64,000 nucleotides of DNA from Vitrella brassicaformis CCMP3155 (lineage: Eukaryota > Protista > Chromerida). Shown piece by piece: positions 11,777 through 21,971 of the stretch. The stretch is taken from NCBI GenBank assembly GCA_001179505.1, contig CDMY01000293.1, positions 67,528 through 131,527 of the forward strand, read 5' to 3'. The translations under genes and the position numbers were made by a program. Numbering within the stretch: position 1 is the first letter of the stretch; each line of letters begins with the position of its first letter. The notes beneath the pieces are model-generated. The model made no database searches, was not told the origin of the DNA, and saw only the letters and a list, made by a program, of their open reading frames with translations.

Positions 11777-12790
11777 TTATGGTGCCGAGTAGCACGGGTA
11801 CTGCACTCGATCCCAAGATTTCTCGATCTTGCGCTCAATCTACAGCCAGACATGCGTACCACGTGTCTTCTTGTGCGTGCCTCCCTCTCTTACGATCACT
11901 GCGACAGTGACGGGGTGCACTGCGCCAAACTTGGCCCCCGCGTCCGTGATAAACTCCAGCGCTTTGTAGATGCAGAAGCCATCCGCATCGTACACTGTGC
12001 AGAGGACCTTGACGATCTGGCCGTTCTCCAGCATGGCGTCGGCAGCATGGCCGCTCTTCAAGTAACACTGGGTGATTTTATCATACTCCGAGGGGATATA
12101 ATCTCTGAGTCCAATTTCCCTGCATTCAAGCGCACTCGAGGCTGGGGACCTTCCATGCAGCCCGCGGGCTCCGCGCAACTTACTTGACGCCGGGCTCGGC
12201 CATCTCCTCCGGCTTCACTGCACACACACGGACAGGCCTCTTTCTCTCACGCTGACCTCTCTCTCTCTGACACTGACCGTTGTGGTGGCAGGTGCATCCC
12301 TTTTCACCTCCCCTGCACCGGCATCCTTGCTCCTCGCCGGGCTCGGTCACCTCCTCCGGCTTCACTGCACGAACACGGACAGGCCTCTCTCTCTCTCTCA
12401 CACTGACCTCTCTCTCTCACACTGACCGTTGTGGTGGCAGCTGCATCCTTTTTCGGTGCACTTGCATGGCAGTTCGGGGTGTGATACACCCTGAGATGGA
12501 TTTTCCCTGCATTCAACCGCACATGAGGCTGGGAATTTTTCAGATCTGTGAATATCACTCCGCTTTGCATGGCTTACTTGACGCCGAACTCTTCTCCTCC
12601 TCCGACGGCACAGTTCCCTCCCTCGCAGGCATCTGCATCACCAAACCCAAATCCACCCAGGAATGCATCAGTGGTGATGCGACGGGGGGAGGTGGGATGT
12701 CATTCTCTTACCTATGCTCTTGCCCGTGGATGGTTTGCCCGCCGTCAATGCGCAGAGGGCAATGAAAGGGAACGCAGAGGCGAACTTCAT
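11777..12790 (-). CDS. Small secreted Cys/His-repeat protein (about 7 exons, not visible as one ORF)
   Basis: ATG 12790. Spliced product: MKFASAFPFIALCALTAGKPSTGKSI|DACEGGNCAVGGGEEFGVK|ENPSQGVSHPELPCKCTEKGCSCHHN|VKPEEVTEPGEEQGCRCRGGEKGCTCHHN|VKPEEMAEPGVK|EIGLRDYIPSEYDKITQCYLKSGHAADAMLENGQIVKVLCTVYDADGFCIYKALEFITDAGAKFGAVHPVTVAVI|IERKIEKSWDRVQYPCYSAP*. Six GT-AG introns (four GTAAG donors) all keep frame. Confidence 0.8.
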
Positions 12791-13737
12791 CGGTGGCCGT
12801 CGGAAGGGCAGGATCAGCGGTATCGGGAACGTGTTGACGTGAAACCGTGCATCCTAGCCGCCGTAAACACTTTCGCCTTTCCTCACAATCAATCAAGAGT
12901 GCGACAAGATCTCTTGATCTCATCTGCACATCCATATGTCGCTCAATAGGCGTCAATAGCTCCAGTGCAGCCGATGTCTCAAGACGTGGGTGCTGTTACA
13001 TTAGGCTGCTGCACGGGTGCCTGTGTGTCACAATGAACGTTACTTCCGCATCCCCTCGGCCACAGAGGGGGCTGTCAAGGAGGCCATTCGAGAGGCCACT
13101 ATCTGGAGGGACCAAATACGGAGCGTATCGGTTGGGAAGAGACGGACATGTCAGACTACAAGTTCGCCAGCTAGGAGCAGGCCGGAGAGGTGAAGGCGGC
13201 GGTGCACAAGCGTCTGGACTTTTTGCCCCCTAAAGACGAGAAAGGCTGTCCAAATCACGAGAGACACCCCTGACGCACAAGTCAGCAGGGCCTACGTTAG
13301 TGTGGGCACAGGCACGGTGACCATAGATTCGTCAAAAAATTCTCAGTGTTGTCTGCTGGCAGAGAGGATGTGGATGGGGCTATTGAGATGGCTGTTGCGT
13401 CTAGGGAGTGGACACGGTTGGTTGGTTGGTTGGTTGGTTATTGTGTTTAACGAGACTTGTGTCTGAAACCCCGGAACGGGAGGAGGTGCGCTTTGATAAA
13501 GCTCGCCGCTCAGAAAGCGCGAGCCCAGGCGATGCTGATGAGTGTGTGGCTATGCGTAGGAGGGCAGGACAGAGGAGGGCGGGACAGAAGAGGAAGAGGA
13601 CGTGTCGAAAGTCTGAGTCGAATTTCGGGTTAGAGAGTTGAGAGTTTCGCGCAGAAAAGCCCCTGTTGACGTGGCTTCCCCAACGTTCCTACGCCAACGT
13701 TCCCAGCGTCAGATCTGATAGCTATACCCTTTCAGCC

Positions 13738-15586
13738 ATGCTGTTCTTCTTGGGAATTAGTCTGCCCTTGGTGATTTCCGCTGCTGGCAAGATCTTTATC
13801 AACCGCACGTCCGCTGAGCACATCATCGTGCCAGGCCGTGCAGCAACAGATAGCGACGCGAGGAGGGCTGTCGTGAGCACCGTCTACGCTCAGGAGCCCG
13901 ATGACGGCAATAGCAAAAAGAAGAAATACAAACCGACCCGCAAGGTCAAGTTCGTTCCCGTCGGACCCAACGCAGGTAGGCACATACACTGCAACGTCGC
14001 AGAGGTGCACATGCATGTATGGGTTCTCCGGCCTTAGGCACCTACTGCGACCCGTATACGCGTCACTACTACCCCAATCTGTGTCCAACCCCCGAGCAAC
14101 AGCAGGGCGAGATCCCAAAAGCCGAGTGGGATCCGAAGAGCTTCCCCTCCTCAGCAGGTGAGCATGGGATATCTCGGACGACTGCGCGCCTTCCTGCCGG
14201 CGTTCTGCGACATGACCAGGTCCAACAGCGTACCCCGGTGGCCCGCAGATCACTGGTCTGGAGCACCTGCGACACGGCGACATGGAGGAACACATGAGAT
14301 CCATCAAAACGAAGTGGCTGGGGCCCGGCCTGGGGCAAATCTTCATGAGCAATCTGGTCGAGTCCTCGATGGACCTGCTGAACCCCAAAGGCGCCGGCGG
14401 CCTGCTTTCCTCGGTAACAAGCGGTCTGGTGGGTGCCGTTGCTAAGGGTGTGGGGCTGGAAAGCGGCAAGATGGTTGATGCATTCGTGGACAACGCGGGT
14501 TCGTTCGGTGGTTTCGTGTTCAATCAGCTGCTGTCGTCTCTGGACCCTGACAACTTGCTCCCAGCCATCGGAGGCGGCAACATCCGTGACCGACTCGGCT
14601 CCCTCTTCGACAGCTTTTTCGGGCCACTGGACAGCGAGGGCAACTATGACTCGCTGAGAGAGAGGGGCGTGCAGGTCATGATGGCACTCATGCAAAAGGG
14701 CGCCCAGGCGGGCGTTAAAGCGCTCAATGACCGCGAGGGCCTCACCAAGAGCATCAAGGGCGTGGCCGGACCGATGCTCCTCAAGCTGGCCAAGTCCGCT
14801 CTCAGCGGCAAGGGGAAGGGGGGTAGCAAGAGCTTTCTCCAAACGGCGGTCGGGAGGACCGGGAGATACCTTCGTAGACGAGAACAAACATCAGCTACGG
14901 CAAGTGAGAAACAGAGCACAGGACCAGATAGCAACACATGGATGCAATTGAGTGCGTCGTTTGTCTGTCAGGCGTATTGGCTCCTTCATTCATGCAGATG
15001 GACATGTATCACCATCAGTACCAGTACCCTGGACAGGTGTNNNNNNNNNNNNNNNNNNNNNNNNNNNNNNNNNNNNNNNNNNNNNNNNNNNNNNNNNNNN
15101 NNNNNNNNNNNNNNNNNNNNNNNNNNNNNNNNNNNNNNNNNNNNNNNNNNNNNNNNNNNNNNNNNNNNNNNNNNNNNNNNNNNNNNNNNNNNNNNNNNNN
15201 NNNNNNNNNNNNNNNNNNNNNNNNNNNNNNNNNNNNNNNNNNNNNNNNNNNNNNNNNNNNNNNNNNNNNNNNNNNNNNNNNNNNNNNNNNNNNNNNNNNN
15301 NNNNNNNNNNNNNNNNNNNNNNNNNNNNNNNNNNNNNNNNCCCGATGGCCTCGCCGGCCACGCGAGCGAGCAGATCAAGAGCACCATGATCGGACTTGCG
15401 GAGGCGGACATGGCCAAAGACAATGCCTTCCCTGCCTTCCAGGACACGCTGTCGAGTGTCCTCGTGGGCTTCGGGAGGAGCTTGGCCCAGAATCATTTCG
15501 GTGAAGAGGGAGGGAACATGGCAACAATACTCACAGAGAAGGTTCCGCAACTGCTGCGGTCAGTCCTCAAAGACACAAAGGCCTAG
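13738..15586 (+). CDS. Secreted Gly/Tyr-rich helical protein, copy B (gap-interrupted)
   Basis: Near-identical to 8304-10392. ORF 14282-15586 supplies the Gly-rich amphipathic core (GGLLSSVTSGLVGAVAKGVG...) that falls in copy A's gap. Confidence 0.8.
15041..15340. other. Assembly gap (300 N placeholder; about 760 bp by comparison with copy A 9387-10146)
   Basis: The flanks match copy A. Confidence 0.95.
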
Positions 15587-16059
15587 ATGTAGACAGCCAC
15601 TGTGTAGATAGTAGATGGTAGATGTGGAGAGGTTGGTTTGGTCTGCAAAAGGCAGTTGTGTAGGTGTCTGACTACGTAGTTCAGTAGTTCAGACAAATTC
15701 TCATTCACTTGAAATTCTACAGTGTGTGTGAATGGTGGACTCAAGGACCTATCAGGCGCTTCACATGCAGAAGGACGGCGGCGCTCGCTACAGCTCGCCG
15801 CCTGGCCCTGATGCATGCGGATGCCTCACTGCCCTCGTCGACACCGGCAGCCTGGAATCGCAGAAACATGCAGGCAGAAACATGGACAACGTTCGTTGAC
15901 TGCTAAAACACTGCAAACAAGCGTGAGACATGAAACTCGACACACACATTCAGGACCCACCTTACGCCACCAAGTCTCACATCACTGTGCGATTGAGACT
16001 TGGTGATGCATGTCATCCATTCATTCATTCTGCATGTGGGTGTGAGTGCCATGGACTGT

Positions 16060-16295
16060 TGGAGCACATGCATCCCATTCCTTGTAATGATTCATGGAGA
16101 GGTAACACAGCACGCATGTTTGCTTTGTTTGTCTGCATCGGTCGGGCGGTTGATTGGTCAGTGAGCCACACTGCCGTGACTGCAAGCTGCTGCCCTCATG
16201 CGTCAATATTCATATCATTCTTCCCTCATTCATTCATTCATTCACTCATCCAATCACTTCCTGGCCATTCTCGACTCGGTTTTTCGTGAGAAGGT
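16060..16295 (+). repeat. Degenerate dispersed repeat R2, copy 1
   Basis: Shares collinear blocks with 55556-55757: ATTC.TTGT.ATGATTCA.GGAGAGG, GGGCGGTTGATT, GCCCTCAT..CAATATT.ATATC, CACTTCCTGGC.ATTCTCGA...GAGAAGG. Confidence 0.7.
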
Positions 16296-16472
16296 GTTGT
16301 TGTGCTTCATAAGCTCGACGGACAGATGCTGGCTCCAATGGTTGACGATGCTCTTTGGGAAAGCTATGTTCTCCTCCATGGGGATGGATGTGTGCTCCGT
16401 CTATTTGTCAGGTGAGTGGACCAAGCTTCAGTATTTCGTGCAAGCCGGTGGCACACACGGAGAAGTAAGCTA

Positions 16473-16793
16473 GCCACGTAGGAGCTCTACACACACCCAT
16501 CGCATGAGGGCTGCATGAGGGTCATCGGTGGTCCTATGTCTTTTTGTCGTTCAGGACGACACAGAGGCCACAGTCAACGGCCTCCTTCGTGATGCATTTG
16601 CCCCAGCGCCTGGCGCCATTCTCCAAATCCTTTCCCGCTGTGATCAGGCAGTTTTCCTGCTTCGGCTGTGCCGTCAAAACCGAAATCAAAACACAGCCAG
16701 CACATCGGCCATGCCACCTGAGCCGCTAATCATGGATGCATTATTGCCAGCACACACAGCAATAGCGAGAGTGAATGTTTGGTGTGTTGTGTG
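16473..16793 (-). repeat. Repeat family R1, copy 3 (with ~90-bp internal insertion)
   Basis: Collinear with 10863-11095 (GCCACGTAGGAGCTC...GTCTTTTTGTCGTTCAGGACGACACAGAGGCCA...CACATCGGCCATGCCAC...TAGCGAGAGTGAATGTTTGG). Confidence 0.85.
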
Positions 16794-17399
16794 AAAACAA
16801 TTTAAAAAAACATCTTCACGGTCCCGCCGAACCAAGTACCTGCGCTGGCTGGTGTTGTCGCGTCCGATTAGTTCTCTGTACACACATACAAGCATGGCAA
16901 CTTAAGGAAGCGTGACAGTTGCTCATGAAACGATCAGCATCAATTGCTTCGACCGTCCGAACAGAACTGGTCCACACCCAGCTAGCTACTAAAGGAAGGA
17001 AGAGTCACAATATACTACACTACACACACCTGTTGTAAGTCTATCAAAAAGAGGAGCGCTGTTTATCTATCGTGTGCTGCACGGACGGGCTAAACGGCGG
17101 CCGTGTAGTTAGTTGCTTCACTTGACGAGTGGCGGGTGTGGCTGAATCAGCCGCATGGCTGTCGAGGCATACACGCATAGTCACAAACAGGTGTCGTCGA
17201 ACAGGCAAACAACAAGTGATTGGCGTGTCGACTCACCCGTTTCGAGGCACCTGTTTTCCTGGTCTTTGAGGTGATAGACCCACTTCATCAATCGACGACA
17301 CTCGGAACGCTTCATCCTGCACACTCAGGCATGCACACATGCATCCTGTCTTTTCTGTCTGTCTGTCTGTCTGTCTGTCTGTCATTATTCATCTGTCCC

Positions 17400-17714
17400 C
17401 GCTCTATCTACTTGGTTGATTACCGTTCTGACATATCGTCGTCAGCCCAGATTTCCTCCATCCGTTGGACGCACTCACTCGCCTCAACAAACCCGTCACC
17501 TGCGTCTGCACCACAGGCGCCTGGCCCTCTAGAAGATCACGCTCCTTCTCGCGCAAAATCAATTGCCAGCGGCGCTTCTGATCGATCGTTCGTTGCAGCC
17601 AGCGTGCACTTTGTTCCGTGGTGTGGTGTGGTGTACCTCGGTGACCATGTCTTCGCCATGTTGTGCAGCCAACTTGTCGACGTCAGCAACCTGACTCACT
17701 CACAGACAGGCGCA

Positions 17715-17747
<33 letters not shown>

Positions 17748-20700
17748 GAAAGAAGGATGCACACTGAACACACGTACGAACACATCGTGCACGCGTACTG
17801 TCTGACAGGCGAGAAGCCGTGCAAGTCGGCTGGCTTTGTAGCTGTCCGTGACTGCACCCACCTGCCACGCACGTGCACAGCCGCGTACAAAGGGACATCC
17901 ATACGCTCAGGTGTCTGTCTGTCTCACCTGGGTCGGAATGTCTGTGCTGTGGAGAAGCGGCGCAGACGGGCGGGCGCGCCGGTGCTGTAGAAGCACACGT
18001 GACATGGTGCTCACGCCAGGCGTCTGCTCAATGAAGCCATACGAGTCTTGCGGCGTCATCGCTTCACGCCTCTGTAACCCAGTACTGGGCTGGTCGCTTT
18101 GACACCAGGTGTTACTTTCACATAAGGTGAAGCAGAGCCGATGAAGTGAAAAGTGTATCAGAAGCTGGAGGCAGGACACGAGCCATCACATGTGTCTCCC
18201 CTCACTTCTTTTAAAAGGGCCTCTTTCTCCTTGAATGCCGTGGGGTTCACCGGGATTCACGGACACACACGTTGCGTGTGTCGGCATTTCACAATGCTGC
18301 ATGTACTCAAGGCCGTACCCAGGACCCAGGACGTATCGTCGGGTCGTCGATTCATTTATGTCGCAAGCAGGACGACAGGCACATGTAGAATCACATCCAC
18401 ATAAACATACATACATACACACATACACACATACACAGACAGGCAGACAGACTCACTCCCGCTGTACAAGATTCACACCCACACTCCCGCTCCCATATAT
18501 CAAATTATCACGGAGCAGCCACGTTCGCTCGCCAGCCCCCGTCGCCACCATTTTAGGAGGCAGGGGGGGCGAGCATGCTGTCTCTTCTGCCGCCATCCAC
18601 CCATCCATCAACGGCCCAACTCAGCTGCTCATCCCACAAGCTGGGCTGACTCACTTGTGGTTTCCCCGTTGAAGCGTCCAGTCCGGCATGGGGACGGTCC
18701 TGTATTGGCTGCCGGTGCTCGATCCTGCCCGACTTGTGCTGGGACTGGATGGACGATTCAGCTTGTTGGTACTAGAGGCTGCATTGCACGGCACCCATCC
18801 AACACAGCACAACCACACGCAGACAGACAGATACTCAGATGCACGCTTGCGGGCAAGTAGGTGGGTGGGTGCTTACACGAGCTGCTGCCGGGCTTTTTTA
18901 TGTCATCATTGGAGACGCCGAGTGCCTTGGCGATCTCGTCGTGACTGTCGCGCTGCATGGTGCTCTCATGGCCGCCAGGACCTGAATGTGGGCACCACGG
19001 AGAAACAGTGAGCATGACAAGCCCACACTTTCATGCACGTGTGCTTGATATGGTCACCCACCGAGCTTGAGGTTGGCGGGCAGGATGGACTCTGATGGGG
19101 GTGGCGTCGCATCCTCGGGGATCTGTGCTTCGCCACCGATGGACACCGCACTCCCAGCTGGCGGCCTTCATTCAAAATGACACCACACACACACACACAC
19201 ATGTGTATATCCATGTATGCTGCCATGCCATTGACGGTGTCAACGATTGCCATCTTCCCCAGTCCTCACATTTGCTCATCGGCCGTCTCGTCGTCGGTCA
19301 AGTCAATTTCTTCCTCTGTATCCTCCGCAGCAGATTGCTTTTCCTGCCCCTTCTGGGCGTCCTCGTCCGACTTGGGTGCGATTGGTGCCGGGGGTGGCGG
19401 GCGGCCGCCGTCCGCTGCCTCGTCGCCCTGTGCGTCCGCAACCGGCTCCTCCATGGTCTGGTCGTCACTTGCCTGTGGAAACGCGGGCAGACGGAGTGCG
19501 AGGCGTGTGGGATGATGGGTGGGTCATTCCCATGCACCTACATACCTGCAGCATCTCAGCCTGCTTGCCTTCGTCGTCGTCGTTGTTCGCCTCCTCCCTC
19601 TGCCGTTTCTTCCTCTGCTGGCGCCTCTCTTTCGGGCTCATGGTTTCCTCTTCGTCTGCCCGGGACACGCACCACACAACACACACAAGACATCAGACAT
19701 GCATAGATACATCTGTCACTGTCGTGCGCACCGTCGTCGGCTGCCACGTGTGCTTGCAAGTCTGGGTCAACGTCCCTGGTCCGCTCGCTCTTGTCCTTTT
19801 TTTCCTTCTGTGCCTTCTTCCTCTTCTCTCGTGGCGGCGGCCCCCTCTTCTCCCTCTCGCCGTCTTCCCCGCCTTCTGCGTCACCGTCGTCGGCGCCCAT
19901 ACTCATCGCCACGTCGTCAAGCTCTTCGTCACTCAGCAAAATCTGCCAACCGATCGACAACGATGCAGACATACGTGTATATGGGTGCAGGGGGAAGGAG
20001 GGGAATGTACCGATCCGTCCGGCCCGATCTGGTCCGCAGTGATGAACGTGGCGTCGCGGAGCTCTTCGTCGGAGATGGTAGGCGCGGTCCCTGTACGGCG
20101 ACTGCTGAACGGACCTCCGCCCCTGAGTGACACCAACACATGCACCAACAGACGTACAGCATACAGAAAGGAAGGATGTGTGCGCATGTCCTCACCCTTG
20201 TGCCACGGGGCCCTCTCTGCCTCTAGCGCGAGCCAAGTCGCCGAACACGGTTTCGCTGAGTGGTCTGTAGTCCGAGTTCATGTGGGGGTTGCCCTGCCGG
20301 CAACGCACCTCAAGAGGGTCATTACACCTACACACGGACAGCAGTGCCAGTCAGCCAACAAATAGCCATACACCGACATGACAAGAAGGTACCATGTATT
20401 TTGCTGCGATCGTGGTGCGTTGCCAGTGCCGGGGCGGTTCTGAAGGGCTTCAGCAAAGCCGCCAGAGGGCGGCCCCAGGCCGCCGAAAGGACCCCCCCTA
20501 CTCCCGCTGCCACCCCCTATGTCGGCTGAGCCCATCGGCAGGTCAGACGCGCCACCGCGCGCCTGCATGACACGTATGACCCAGTAACACTCACATCGAA
20601 ATTGTGTCAAAAATCATGGCTATCTGTCGCACTGCACCGCACCTACCTGCATAGCTTCTACATTGGGCCGTCTTCGTGACGATGACGGCGTCCTTCCTGC

Positions 20701-21417
20701 GCTGGTGGGCTCGAAGCCCTCGATGGACGGCTCGGTAGGCTGGCGCGGTTGATTGATGTTTGGATTCACACGTGCAGGAACACAGGCAGACAGAGATAGA
20801 GTTGCCTCCAATCTCCAAGTGAGTGGATGGATGCGTGCATTGTGGTCGGTTGGTGTGCTGCGCCTGCCTGTCTGTTGCCGAAGAGTCCTCCCCCTCCACC
20901 TCCACCTGCGCCCAAGCCGCCCATCGAAGGGCCACTGGGATTGGGATTGCGCGACTTGGCGAACTGATTCACAGCACCTGATCATACGTGACACGCCGGA
21001 TCTGTGGTTGGTGCTCTCGCAGTCGGCTTCCTTGTCAGATGCATTTCTCACCCAGGATTGGCGCCACGACGCTCTGTGACGGCCCAGGGATGGCGCCGGC
21101 AACCATCTGACCAACGCCCTGCAGGCAGCAACACACAGCCGCAAACAACCAAACTCATTTGATCAGGCCATTGATGCAGGATCATCCCGTGGCTTCTCAC
21201 TTACCGATGCAGCCTGAAGGACTCCCAAGGCGCTGCCGTCGCCCTTGCCGATGCCCTGGAGCTCCCTCCCATGCTCCAGAAAACCGCCGTCCACACTGCT
21301 TGCTGCTCCGTCGCTCATCGGCGGCTCCTCGGGCATCTTGACGGCCTCGTACCATGCTGATACCGGGTCCAGCAGGCCGAGCAGGGCCAGCAGACCAAGC
21401 ACGACCATGACAAACAT
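17400..21417 (-). CDS. Multi-exon secreted, Gly-rich then acidic low-complexity protein; 3' end uncertain and could be two genes
   Basis: ATG 21417 opens MFVMVVLGLLALLGLLDPVSA (signal peptide). In-frame spliced exons: ...DGGFLEHG..., GVGQMVAGAIPG...AVNQFAKSRNPNPSGPSMGGLG..., QNTW|CNDPLEVRCRQGNPH..., and E/D/K-rich exons at 19266-19972. Exon chain followed confidently only to about 18650. Confidence 0.55.
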
Positions 21418-21971
21418 GTCACACACACTGAAAACTCCAACAGTCAGCTCGCACCACGTACAAACGTAAATTCGATCTATGGAACGGCGCTAGCCCATGC
21501 TGCGCGTGGCGTCTTGTCACCTGGACCAGGTGGAATGTGCTTCATCCTGAGTCCCCGCCCATGACGTTCAGCGCCGCCACGGAACTGACCGGCGTCATTT
21601 CACAGCTGAAGACTTCTCTCAGCGATGGGGCCTTGGAGATATCACGCACGGTTTGCGAGAGCTGATGGCAGGCGGAGAAGACAGGACGTCTTTTGGTAGA
21701 CAGGCGTCCCCCAACTGTTGGCCCTAATGATATATAAGGATGATCGGACGTACGCGCATCCTGGACAGAATCATGAAGCATAGACGCACGCATCCGTCTG
21801 TCCCGTCTGTCTGCTCGGCGACACAGATCGGCCCATGCGCGTCCACACACGGTCCATCCTCGGCCGCAGCGGCTCGCTCTCTCTGTACATACATGCAGCG
21901 AAGGTGTTAACCATTCAATAAATCAGTCACGATGCCGCCTCAATCCCGTACAGAGCTACATGCGCATTCAG

